Shown: piece after piece, positions 26,901 through 40,129 of the stretch
Layout of the letters: every line of letters starts with the position of its first letter
Position numbering within the stretch: the stretch's first letter is position 1
NCBI GenBank assembly: GCA_021613535.1
Contig: CP075492.1
Coordinates: 19,592,001 to 19,656,000, forward strand
Direction of reading: 5' to 3'
DNA: 64,000 bases
From: Adineta vaga
Lineage: Eukaryota > Animalia > Rotifera
Program-made: the position numbers and the translations under genes
The notes under the pieces: generated by a model
The model's input: the letters and a program-made list of their open reading frames with translations, nothing else
The model's database searches: none
Told to the model about the DNA's origin: nothing

Positions 26901-29052
26901 ATACAACTACAATAACTGTAGCATCATTAACAAATCAAATTAAAGTCAAAGAAAATCTTGTTTCATCTTCGATTGAACCTAATGATATGGAAGCATTAAA
27001 ACGAATAGCAATTGAAATTGCTCAAGCTTGTATTAATCTTCATACAAATCCAGCTGGAATTGGTTATGTAGTAGATAAAGATTTAGGAACTGATAGAACT
27101 ATTTTTAGTGTTCTTGGACCACATTTAGGACATTATTATGGTGATATTGTTATTATTTTTAAACGTGAAATTTTACATCATCCCGATGCGGAATTTTCTG
27201 TTCAAGCAGGAACTTCATTTGCTAGTGGAAAAGCTTATAGTTGGCGTCCATGGTTAGGTGATGATCCAGATTCTCGTGATGAAAATATACAATTATTTCA
27301 TAATTCTAAAATACATGCATCAGTTCCAGGATATGATTATGCAGCAGCTTTAGAATTAATGGCTATTACTAGTTGTTATCTAAATAAGAATTCAATGAAT
27401 ATAGATATGAATGAAATAATAGAACGATGGATTCAAGCTGATTCACATCAAACAATCGAAGCTCATTTACCTCAATTAGTTCCACTTGATTATATTGATC
27501 ATATTTATATGCCAAAAAATATATTTGAAATGCTCAATCCAGCAACACGTAAATCTATAGAAGCAGTTTTTAGAAATCGTATTACTATCACTCCACATGA
27601 AGGAACTGATAAACCTGATTTTTCATTTGGTCCGACACCTTCTACAGATGAGCGAATTGAATATCAAAATTTTATTATCAGTGAATTATTGAAACGATTC
27701 ATAGGTCGTACTAAAAATTCATTATCAAGACCTATTCAAGGTGCCATAATTACAATACCATCATTATCGTTCAATGATCATTATGTATTACCATTAACAA
27801 TTTCTCAAGCTTATAAACAATATTGTAATGATGATACTAAATCATTAACAGATGATACTATATTTATTTATTGGCAAGTTATGAATGGAGATATGATGTT
27901 AACACTATCAAACGAACAGATTAATCTACATGAAGCACAACCAAATATTTCTTGTTTAGTTTGTTATGTTGCTGAAACACCAGAAGTAGAAAGTAATCAT
28001 TATCATGAACAATATTCCTATTTAAATAATAGTAAACCATTTTCACATGATGTAATTATTAAAAATCGTAAATATGTTGCTGGTTCAAATACTTTCTATA
28101 TTGGATGTAATACTGGTGATTTTCTAACTTTTTGTCTTCAATTACAACCATCAACTGGAAAAGTAACATTATCTCATGCTGGTGCAAATTCAATTTATAA
28201 TCGTCAAATAATTACTTATACATTTAATAAATCACAACTTGATTTAACTAATTTAGAATTTCTTCATGTAAGTTCTGGTACACGTATTGTATCAATTCGA
28301 AATGTGATGATTTGTTTTGAAAAACAAATGAATTTACATCCAACATATGATCTTTATTATACTAAAAGTACAGAATTAGTTGATGGCATTTCTTCATCAT
28401 CAAAATCTGGCTCATTGATTCCATGTCGAGAAAATGTTAATTGTCTTCTTCAATTATTATCACAAGAAAAAGAACATAATTCTAAATATAGTCATCCATG
28501 TCGTTTTTCTGAACTATGTAGAAATCATGAACCAAATTTAACACACGAACCACATCGAGTATCAACATGTCATGAAGATGAAAATTGCAAGAAACTTGTT
28601 GATCCTTTTCATCGTGTTAAATATCGTCATACAGATTTACCTGATTATCTTATTCCTTGTCGATTTCAACAAAAATGTGATGATAAATCAGATAAACATC
28701 GAATAAGATATTCACATGGAGAACAAGTATTTAACACGACAATAATATCATCATTATCTGACGGTATTTAAAAATCTCTTTTTAAATAATATCTTTATCA
28801 AAACTATTTTCTTTGATAGAATCAAATGAATCATCTTCTGATGATCGAATTCCTTGCAAATGGGGTGTAAAATGTCGAGATATAAGAGATAGTCGACATT
28901 GTCAAAGCTATTCTCATCCTGCTATTGAAAAACTTGTTGATCATCGAATTCCTTGTAAATGGGGTGTATATTGTCGAGATATAAGAGATAGTCGACATTG
29001 TCAAAGATATTCTCATCCTCAAACTTTACAATCGGATGAAGATGATGATTAA
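23925..29052 (+). CDS. Paralog B: RING-H2 + RanBP2-type Zn finger + degenerate PARG macrodomain + PBZ-like finger array + putative ART-like domain + C-terminal PBZ-like fingers
   Basis: Exon 1 encodes CSIC...CGHTFHREC...CQVC. Exon 2 encodes WSCRKCQKSNHNSSKQCRSC (24302-24362). The large exon from ~24489 is colinear with paralog A, and its PARG motifs read PGSEYKKYDGTQDE and SNFSCDIN. The last exon has two RIPCKWGVxCRDIRDSRHCQxYSHP copies. Confidence 0.85.
28415..28733 (+). repeat. Inverted near-identical copy of 16721-17039 (gene-conversion tract)
   Basis: Two identical tracts of 202 and 93 bp in otherwise clearly diverged paralogs. Confidence 0.9.
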
Positions 29053-29976
29053 TAGGACTTTATTTTGACACTTTCATACATATTTATATATGATACTAAA
29101 CATCGCTTTACATCAGATCAAATATATGAAAGAAAACGAATTATATTTCAAAGTTTGAATGTGAACATATAGCTGATAGTATTTCTTGTTATTTATATTA
29201 ATACTCATCATCATCATCCACACCCTCAACAAGAATGAGAATAAATTATTAATTGAAAGAAAACGATGTTTTATTAATAGAGTAAAAGAAATACAGTGCT
29301 TTTTCGAGAAGAGAGAATGTTCGTTTTCTACAAAAAAAACCCAGTAATGTTTATTACAAAGATAAGTTGAAATTTATGTCAATTTTTTTGTCTTTGATAT
29401 ATTAAGTTACTTTCTATCGGTTTGATCTTATAGTCGTTATCATAAAACACAGTTATAAATTTTATGAATTATGATCGTTGAGTCATTAGGGAACTTCTTG
29501 TTGCGATTGTTGTTTATCACAGTGTGCATACTATAGTTACAGACGAAGAAATTCATTGAGCATCTCAATACTATACATTTTGCCTTCACAATATATTAAT
29601 ATTCTCAATGAATTTACATCTTAAAATTCGTCAAAGATATAAAATATATTATTTTGATTATTGAGAAAACCGAGAAGATATGGGTCGTGGGAAGTGAACC
29701 AAACAGGAAAGCCGAAGAAATGTGGTTCACTTCATATAGAAAGAATGGACCAATCCAAATACGAGCTCTTACTGAATCACAACTTTACAGATTTCATACG
29801 AGCAAATATGACGTCATCTAAGGAATTGAATGTCAATGAAAATGAAGAATTTACGAATTATTTTTATTCAAGAATAGACAATGTACAATTACAACAGAAA
29901 TGAGAATAAATCATCGATTTTGACAACATTTACTTATAAGTTCAAAGTTTGATAAGATTTAATAGAAAAATGAAGT

Positions 29977-31266
29977 TTAATTACGAAAACGTTTAAATTT
30001 TTCTTTAATAACAATATTAAATTGATTTCTATATGTTTGTGATGGTAATACATAAACAATAAATGTCATCATTGATGGTAAAAATGAAAGAAGATAAGCA
30101 GATAAAAATAAAAAAGAATAATTTGGTGATTTCATACAACCACTTATAAATGATATAATAAGACGAGGTAATCCTAATATAACAAATATAAATGATGCTA
30201 TAAAATGATGATTATGTTCTTTAAATTGTAATTTTAAATGTTCAATATAAGATAATCTTGGTTGAATTGTTGAACGATGATGAGCTAATGATATTATTAT
30301 TATTATTGTTGAAATAAAATTAATTGTAAATGGTATTAAAAAATGAAATAATGTTATAAATGAATTATATATATTAATTATAGAAGAATATTGAACAATA
30401 CACCAAATACGTTTTTCATCAATATCAATATCTTCAATTAATTGACGATGAAATGGATCATGAATATGACTAAGAATTGTAATAAGAAAAACAATTAAAA
30501 TAATCCATTTTGCTATTTTTTTACTTTGTTTTTTATTAAATTTAACACCTTGTTTAACTGTTATAACACGTTCAATAGAAATACATCCATCAAGCCAATC
30601 ATTTATTGTTAAAAGAATTCGAATTAAAATATCTAATAAAATACAATTAAAATTTAAAATAAAATAATTATTATAAATATTCATTTGTGATAAAAGTAAA
30701 TGAATAAATTTAATTAATAAAATAAATATAATTAATAATGAAATCCATCCAGATATTAATAAATAACTTCCACAACCAATAGTTTGACTTTGTTTCATAC
30801 GAAATGTTACAATAGAAAATAAAGCATTAATAAATCCAAAAATAAAAATAATAATTATTAAAATTAAACTAATTTTAATAATAATTGGTTGATAAATCAA
30901 TGAAATATTTGGTCTAATATGATAACTAAGAATATAATCAAGTGATAAAACAAAACCTTCAGTTGTTAATTGACATCTTGTACCATAAAAACAACCTGAA
31001 CAAATACATTTAATTGTACTTGAACATGTTTGATTATTTAAAAAACATTTTCCATTATTTTCACATGGATTTTGTGTTTGATTACAATTAAATGTTAAAT
31101 TTCGATTAAATAAAAAACAATTTGAAAATCGATCTTCATCACAAATACACATATAAATTTCATCATAAAAACATTGTAATTGTTTATTTTCTCGACATAA
31201 TAATGGATAATATTTAATACGATGAAGATACGAATATGTTTTTAATGTTTTATTTAAGAAATTTTC
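29977..31266 (-). pseudogene. 3' part (EGF + 7TM) of an LDLRa-EGF-7TM receptor gene disrupted by transposon insertion
   Basis: EGF motif NPCENNGKC...CICSGCFYGTRC followed by 7TM (WLDGCISIER). It joins in frame to 43675-46800 after removing the element and one TSD copy: ...NQCLFIENF|LNKTLKTYSYLHRIKYYPLLCREN... Confidence 0.9.
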
Positions 31267-31311
31267 GAGGGCTGCGCAAATACAAATACAACTTGTACTT
31301 TACTTTTTATA
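31267..31311 (+). repeat. Left terminal inverted repeat
   Basis: GAGGGC-TGCGCAAATACAAATACAACTTGTA-CTTTACTTTTTATA; the 25-bp core 31273-31297 is the exact reverse complement of 43644-43668. Confidence 0.92.
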
Positions 31312-31325
31312 GCTTTTATACACTA

Positions 31326-31901
31326 TCATGTATTGACCCTACTTTCCCCTTTTCAGCTAGAATCGGTTGTCTTGTATTCTCATGTATTGCCTTGTATTGC
31401 CATGTAGTGACCCTACTTTCCCCTTTTCAGCTAGAATCGGTCGTCTTGTATTCTCATGTATCGACTCTACTTTCCCCTTTTCAGCTAGAATCGGTTGTCA
31501 TGTATTCTCATGTATTGACCCTACTTTCCCCTTTTCAGCTAGAATCGGTTGTCTTGTATTCTCATGTATTGACCCTACTTTCCCCTTTTCAGCTAGAATC
31601 GGTCGTCTTGTATTCTCATGTATTGACCCTACTTTCCCCTTTTCAGCTAGAATCGGTTGTCATGTATTCTCATGTATTGACCCTACTTTCCCCTTTTCAG
31701 CTAGAATCGGTTGTCATGTATTCTCATGTATTGACCCTACTTTCCCCTTTTCAGCTAGAATCGGTCGTCTTGTATTCTCATGTATCGACTCTACTTTCCC
31801 CTTTTGTGCTAGAATCGGTTGCCTTGTATTCTCATGTATTGCCATGTACTGACGCTAATTTATCCTTTTGAGCTAGAATCGGTTGTCATGTATTCTCATG
31901 T
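31326..31901 (+). repeat. Left subterminal tandem array, ~10 copies of a 54-bp unit
   Basis: Unit TCATGTATTGACCCTACTTTCCCCTTTTCAGCTAGAATCGGTTGTCTTGTATTC with minor variants and no unique spacers. Confidence 0.95.
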
Positions 31902-32525
31902 GTTTGCATACACTGTCTATACTTGTGGGTGTGTAGTTTAGAACTGGTGAACTTTAACCATCATGTGCTATTGTGTAGTGTATTGACACGATTTTGGAGG
32001 TAAAAGTTTGAAGTAGTTAAGGTATACTTTTATATACGCGCCTGTGGCGGTTCTAGTTTTGGTATTAAGCGGAATTTATGCTTCTCATGATGGAAGTTTG
32101 TTTTTGAATATTATGATGAGTGTCGTCTTAGTAATTGGTACTACTATGAAAGAATATGTTTGAAACCAACATGACCAAAATTATGAATGTTAAAGAAGAT
32201 ATAATGGTACGAGTGAATCTTTTGTGACTCGGAGTGTTGTTGTAGTTTAGATAGGTTAGAAAATTGCTCATATGCATTTTTCTTTAGAAAAAACTCGATT
32301 TACTTTAAAATAAGTGTTAATTTTTGTAGTTGCGTGTTTTCGGATATATTGATTTTGTGTAAAGATTTTTAGAATTGTTTTATTGTGACGATATGAATAA
32401 TAAATCACAAGAAAAAGAAAGACAAAAAAGTAAAAGTCTGATGATGTAGAACAAACTACAAGAATTTTGTTGAGATAATGAATTTTATTGTGTAGATGAC
32501 GAGAAAATAAAACGATGTAGTTGTG

Positions 32526-34838
32526 TTAATCGGAAATTGTATTGAATGAATTGTCATTGGCGGAAAAGTTGCCTTGAGCATAATTTCGATTGTATTCGAA
32601 TTGACCATCACACATGTTACGCTCGGCATTCATTAAATGAAATAATATTAAGTAAGTAATACGAATCTTTTTGGAAGAATATGAGGATAAGGCATTTTGA
32701 TATTGCTTCAATATACTGTTTCGTTGTTCAGCAGCTTCAGTATTGATTTTGATTGCTCCTTTATATGCATAGTCGATGTTTCTTTCTTTTTGACACATTG
32801 GTCGTTTGTGATTTTGTTGATGAAAACGATCAATAAAAAATAAACATCGGGAAATTAAATTTGATGATGGTGTTTGTAAAATACGTCGATTAATCTCAAT
32901 CTTGTCATAACGATTCCAAAATAAGTATATAAACTGCAAGCATTATCATAAATCAGTATATTTGGTAAAAATTGATGATGTTGATTGTCAACTAGACTAA
33001 TCATTCTGAATAAATGCCACAAAGCTATATAACAGGATTCTGAATGATATACTTCATCAAAGCCAATGATTATTCCACATGGAGATAATGTATATATAAT
33101 ACCTTGTGAAATTTTCTTCTCCATATCGACGAAACTAAAAGTAAAATAATTATTAGAATTAAATCCGTACGAATGATCAAACTGTATTATTTTATATTTC
33201 AATTCAAAGAATAATATCACATCTATATCTTTGTAATCATCATTGTCAAGCTCATCAGTACAGAATTTCTTAAATGATGGAATAAAATCAATTTACCAAG
33301 AATAATCTAGTTTTTATTTCAGAAATAATATGAGTATAATTATCATATTTCTAATTCTCTGTACTTAAATAATAATAATAAAAAAATCATATTGATAAAT
33401 GTTAGTAGATCTGTAAATTTCCTCTTGATGTTTTCTGAATCAATTGTATGCAACTTAAACTGAATGATAATGAAACAGATTCAGTGATTAACATTTTTTA
33501 CGTACCGATCTTCTCTTGATACATTGCAGCCAGTTGTTGGATCATCATAGATACCTTTGTCATCATTGGTTTTCAAGTATGTTTCATTATCGTGTATTAT
33601 TTCTTCTTCTTTACAGCGTTCACATAAACCAGATTTTGATTTGGGCGTATTGCCACATCCGACGTAGATGCCATCAGGAAACTCACTGGTTACAAGCATT
33701 TTGTTTTTGTTATTACAGATTACTCTTGCCACTTTTTGCATTCCGTCTACAACAAATGCCGTCATGCAATCAGCACCTTGGAATTGTTTTGTAGAATCAC
33801 ATGGATGGGTTCGATGGTGTATTGCCCAATGGTTTACAAAATCACTGTACCATTGATCATAGTTAACATCAAAAAATTTATAAATTGATAAATCATCGAG
33901 TAACTTTGGTATTTCAAGTTGCAAAGTATCATTCATAAAGAAGGTAAATAAACATAATTGATAAATGAACCAGATATTTGAAAAATATTCACGACTAATT
34001 TCCGACATTATTTCATTCGACTAAAATATACAACAACATTAAAATAGATGAAATATATATGACATCCGTTTCATTGTTTTTCTGTTATTTCAAAACTGTG
34101 AGAAATTTCTAAATATTTTTTGTTTCTGATGTCATAAATGCTTACTGTATGGGTATTTGCAGATAAAGTAATATATTTTTTGATGGTTAAATTGTATGAA
34201 TTCTGAAAGTTTTCAAAACCAGAATATTGTCTGAGAAACGCCGATGTAAAATGTATCAACAATTCTGTAGAGTAAACTTTCTTTCCACCAAAGTAAATAT
34301 ATTTTTGGTTATAGATTGATGCTGGTGTGACAAATTTTGCACCAATAGTGATATGTTCATAATAATTTGGATAATATTTCATTCTACAATTGTTGCAAGA
34401 AGAATAATAAACACCACCTTTAATGATCGATCCCATATTATAAATTGTGACATATTGATTAAATGAAATTTGAAGTTCCTGTTTACAGGTTAGACATGTA
34501 TTTGTAAATGGTTTAAGACAACTTAATGTTGCGTTGGTATCAGATATTGAACTTGCAATATAATTAGTTAGCAACTGATCAACATCATAGGAGTGAAAGA
34601 GCTGTTTCAACTCTCCATTATTTAATCGATTAATTATTTCATTTACTGTTGTAACGGATAAATCAGTATTAAACATTGTATTAACCATAATTTTAATATC
34701 GGTCACTCGAGTTGGTATATCATGATCCATACGATTATTCAGATCATTTATCAATTGCAGAACATTGATTTTGAAGTGTCTATGTAATGTAATGATGTAA
34801 ATTTCTTCATTATCTGTCAGTAAATAGTTAGATGACAT
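32526..34838 (-). CDS. KDZ-family DDE transposase with CxC5- and CxC6-like cysteine clusters (multi-exon; one apparent frameshift)
   Basis: CxC5-like LKPxxxxCxxC...CNNCRMKYYPNYY...GFENFQNSYN; VVDG (33742-33753); CGNTP...CERC; SPCGIIIG...SES; LIYDNAC; IDRFHQQNH...C; NTEAAEQRNS. A 1-nt frameshift lies in the A-run at 32918-32921. Confidence 0.85.
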
Positions 34839-35527
34839 GATAATGTCGATAAAATAAAATAAAATTATGCAGTATAAATATATCTATAAGAAATAAATCA
34901 CAAATTTCCAGATTTTTATCACATATAGCTAAAAAATATTATGTAATTCGTCACTCATTTTGTAGTCAAATGTTGAAATTATAAAGAGCTAATCGTTTTA
35001 CTCAATGTATAATAAAATTTCACTTTCTCCTTATTGATGACAATTACAATTTCATTATCACAGTTCAATTTCATATTTATTCAATATGATGCAAGCAGTA
35101 TATGTATAACAAACAAAAAATGAAAGCAAACGAGAAAATGTATCTGTTCGAACAAATAATTACTAAGCATGTCAGTTATTTAACAAAACAGAAAACGAAA
35201 AAAAAGAGTTATTTTCTAGAAGATCATACGAATGTTCATTAAGATGATATGAATTGCATATGATATGCAATATAAGAACAAGATAAACAATAAAGACTAG
35301 CATTAAATCTCTTAACTTGATTAAATAATTTTCAATTACTAGACCTACACGTAAATAGGAAAACAAGAAAAACAGTTATAAGAACACAAGAGTATCAAGT
35401 ATAACAAAAAGTAAACAAAAAAAAACAAGAATAGTTCACAATAAAACACAAGATGAAGCAGAAATAAATGGCTAACACACAGACAAAACAAACAAAGCAG
35501 AAATTAATACATCAAACAAAGATAATT

Positions 35528-38500
35528 TTAATTTTCAATACGTCGACTTTTTGACCTTGTTCTGATTGGACTTATAAGACGTCTTGTTCGTTTTGGTGTT
35601 GATGAATTCGTTGATGCTGAGGCATTCGATGAGATATCTATAATATAAAAACAATCATTTTAATAATACGTTGTTGACTGCTATAATCAAATATTTCAAA
35701 CGGCAAGTTGAAATTAATAATATTTATATACTGAACTCTGTATTTAAGTATCTCGAATAATGTCAAACATGTGAATGATTAGATATCAAGTACTCAGATA
35801 ATTCAACGATAGATTGTACAATTCATGTGAATTCAAACTACCCTATTTTGAAAACTTCGTCGTTTTTCTAAACATATAAAAAATAAAGAAATGTTAAAGC
35901 TTGTTACCTGTGGTGACTGAGTTCAAATGAATAGTTTGAATTTCATCAGAGGATGGACTAGTTGCAGCAGCTTGAGATGGAATCACAGCAGTACTAGCCA
36001 AATTTGCAGCACTTGAGTTTGAATCTATAATTTTAAAATTCTTATACAAATCAGCTCCAAAAGGAAGTATATTGTTTCTTTTTAGATGCTTTTTATAAGA
36101 TAATTTTCTCACTGAAGCAACTTTGCTTATAAAATAATAAAATTCCGATAAACTATCCATCATACAGTGTATTGAAATGAAATTAGTCGATAAATCTAAG
36201 TATTACCTGAATCATCTTGAACTAATGTAATATTGGCGACATTATCTAATGTTAGATCAGGTTCAGCATATTCTAAATATTACAAAAAACAGTCATACAA
36301 ATGAAAATGCTTATACAGAAAACTTACCAACTGACATCATCGAAACTGATGATTCTGATTCATTAATGGTCGGATTGCGTACTGGTTCCGGTATGTTCAA
36401 TGTTTCTGAATCTATAAAGACAAAAGATTTACATTTTTTCAAAAATATTCGACGCATTACTTTTGCTCTTCTTTGTTAATACGATAGATTCGTCCATGAT
36501 GAAACCCACATCCTGGTATGGTTTGGATCGGAGAATTTCAGCACCTTCTTTTGATATTAATGTTGTAGCGTTGTTATGACCAAATTCGATTTTTTTGAAC
36601 GATGACGCATACTGTTCCCATGTTATACCAAATATATCTAATTTTTTTTGTTGAAAATTCAATGTAATTGCTATATTGGTGGAATCATTTGGTAATATTT
36701 TAATCCAGCTGAGATAAGACTTGGTCGCAGTAGTTGTAAATTGCCCTTCCAACAACAGTTTGGCATGGAATAGTAGTTGAACGGCTGATTGACATAAATC
36801 GGAATCGCCGCCAAATCGACGATTCCAACTCGTTTTTGTTATGATTGGTGAGCCGAATAAAAGCATTTGTTTGCATTTTAACATAATTCGTCGTGGTATA
36901 GTTTTTGGATCTTCTAATGCTCGTACTGGATCAAATGCATCCAATGCATTTTTGGAAGACGATGATGAACCTTCAAGATTTTTGGATTTGTTGCTGTCTA
37001 AAATCAAAAATATTTGCTAAGTAATACATATTATAAGTATATCTGAAAATACCTTCACGGCTTAAGTTTTCCTTTGATGATATTTCACTTATTTGACTTC
37101 CATTTGTTGATGCTGAACAGTCCTTGTGTACATGATCCGATTTTTCATTGCACTGTCCGCTAGCCGGTATTGTAATATGGTTTGGTTGATTACCTTAATG
37201 AGAGATGAAAAAAGTGTATTGAAATACAATATATAACTATACTATTAGAAAAGAATTCATCAGGTGTTGATGTAATATGAACATGAGTTTTGAATTGCTT
37301 ATAAGTTTCGATTTCTAAACAAGAAAAAAAAGAATTTTGTTGGTTAATACAAAAATAAGAGCGACATATTTTAAAGAAAAATAGATAAGCGGAATACCAT
37401 GTAAAGGAAGATTATCTTGATTGATCATTTCAGATTGATGCTGCACAGCTAATGATAAGGTTTTTGATGCATGATTTTGTTGAACATCTGTTTCATCTTG
37501 TAAAATCGACGAATCTTGACTAGTTGATCGATTTTTTTCTAGAATACATGCACAAAATAAGACAAAAAAGGACATATAAATAATATATTGCAATTGATGA
37601 CGATTTCTTTCTTTTCAGCCTACCAGTTTCTTTGTATGCAGGTGTTGAATTTTCATGATTGACTGATGTATCAATAATATTTTGTAAATTATCCAATGAT
37701 GCTGATTCTATAAGACGCAAAAAGAGAAAAGAGCGAAAAAATTATGAAAATAAAAAAGTAATAATGTAGTATTTACCTTGTTTAAAAATATCACCTTGTT
37801 GTTGTACTTCCATTTCACTGATCGAAGAATCATCGTTTTTTGGTTCCAAAATAGCATGATGTCCAACTATGATGAAATTATAGTAAATAAGTAGAAAATG
37901 AATATTTTCGATTACATTATTTTTATACAATAAAAAGTCCTTACTTTTTGTTTGTTCTGATTGGTTATTGGATCGATTTACAGTACTTGTTAGTGATCGT
38001 TGACAATTGATTTCTCGATCTCCTGAAATGAAATACAGTTTTTACAATAATTATTAAACTAGAGGGTGTATTTAAAGTTCCTACCAGTATTCAGTTGTAA
38101 AATTTCGGACAACTCTGGATAATTTTGTAAAACTGAAATATCACCAGTTGTGATGTTGCCTGTGAAATGAAATAGGCGGTAAGCTACAAGAGCGAAAATT
38201 TGAAACATCTTACTTAAATTTAAAGATGGATCATCTTGTATTGCAGTATTAGTTGTTTGTTGGTTATCTGGTGCATCACTCGATGACGGATTCAACGTAT
38301 GAAGATGATGGATTGCTAAAAAAAAAGAAATTCTGTAAAAAGTGAAGGCAAAAATTTTCAAGCATTTCTTTATAACAAAATAATATCAAACCTTTCTGAA
38401 GAACACTAATATGCTTTACTTAATTACCTGTTGTCGATTCTTGTAAAGAATTTGAAGGATTTGAAATAAGTGGTGATTGACGAATTTGAGTATCGTTTGT

Positions 38501-39414
38501 AATAACACCATAAGGATATTGATTTTGCAATTCTCGAAAACCATCGGCCGTCAAAGATGTATTAGCTGGTAAAATATAGCTATTTTCGTAAATCTCTTGA
38601 TATTCTTCCCATGATACGTGATGCTTATTTAATTCAAATACTAATTCTTGTTGTTCCAATTCATTTGATGGTAAATGTTTCAAATATGATTCATATTTAA
38701 CAGAATGTTCGGATTTTAAATAATATCCTTTCTTTAAAATACCACGACGAACCATACGTTCCAATAAATAACTGATTAAATCTTTGTCAATATTTTTCAA
38801 TATACCGTCGTTACCATGTAATGTTGTTTTATGGAAGACACGATATGTAAGTTTTACAATTTTTGTTTGTAAGGTTAATTCAGATTGTGTTTCTTTTACA
38901 TCATTGTTAATACGAGAATTCATCAGTGTAAAATGTTGCGGCATCAATAAACTAAGAAATATGGATACTGATTCTTCACATGTTTGTTTGGTAATGATCA
39001 TTTTCGATTGTGTATTCGTTGCCAATGCAGTATTTTTTGGTAAATTGTTTGTTGATAATCCATATTTTAATTGAATTATAGCTTCGACCTGGTCAATAAA
39101 ATTTTGATTACATTCATGAAAATCGATATTATTAACTTCATGAATAATTTCAAGAATATTTTTCATATATTGTATGTTTGATGCAATACGCACAATCATT
39201 TCGGCACCACGACGTTCAACAGCTTGTTCGTAAGATGTAATTGCACGGGAACTAATGCCAACATGTGGTTTATTTGAGTTCAAAGCATTTAAATAAGGTT
39301 GAATGTATTCAGATGCATCGGCATCAAATGTTTGCATTTTCTTTCCTAACATGCCACGAACAGCAAAGATGTGAGTAAGTGATGGTTGTGAACGGTCCAG
39401 ATCGATTTCTTTTC
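35528..39414 (-). CDS. Transposon-encoded multi-exon protein of unknown function: two homologous globular modules separated by S/T/Q-rich linkers, basic NLS-like C-terminus
   Basis: ORFs 39352-38420 and 37007-36429 share the pattern GxLxxGxF/Y...SY/WxKxLP...xxV/IxWExY. Many small GT-AG-bounded exons lie between and after them. The last exon ends TPKRTRRLISPIRTRSKSRRIEN*. The single-gene model is inferred. Confidence 0.55.
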
Positions 39415-40129
39415 CTAAAAAATATTAAATTATGATACAGGTTTGAAACATCAAATTGAAAAAAATATATAAAATGTTCGTTTAAAAATTCTTTCTTCTT
39501 TTTGTCGACTCGATTAACGAACGGTGAGTGCAAACGTATGAAGTTACATAGACAATATGATTACAGCTTACATACAATTAAGATGTAACTTATATATCTA
39601 TTATCATTCTTCACTAAATAATTTTTTAAATTTAATAGTAGACAGATCAATATTAGAAAAAAATAACATGATCACAAGATGGAGCCACTAACCGAAATAC
39701 GCTAAAATTAAATAGATAGATGTGATTTGAAACTCAAGATACATCTATCATATTACCACGGTAGAAAATTATATCTAAAATTCTGATTTACATGATACGG
39801 ATTCATAGTATAGTGTCAAATTTATTGGACTAGGGGCAATTTTTTTCTGACAAATATTCTATTTTTATATTATTTTCTTTGGATGAAAGTTGATTAAATT
39901 TTTTTATTTTTCGAAATGATTTAATTAGTCTAATATGATTTCTAATCTCCCAGATTGTTATGAATTTTCTTCAATGCATTCAGTATCTCATGTGTTTTTT
40001 TATGATACATGGTTCAATGATCACGAGATGAAATAGATAACGTTTAAAAGTTCGAAGTTATTTTCAAAGCAAAGTTTGAAATATTCAAAAATTCTTCTGT
40101 ATCATTATGAGCAATAGTTCAATATTTAT

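Noticed and set aside
31236-31871. Overlapping ORFs of 211 and 161 aa, and the mirror ORF 43226-43684
   Set aside because: These are by-products of the 54-bp repeat and TIR; two frames are open simultaneously.
31326-31901. CRISPR-like array
   Set aside because: The units are contiguous near-identical 54-mers with no unique spacers, no cas genes are present and the context is eukaryotic. The array is explained as subterminal transposon repeats.
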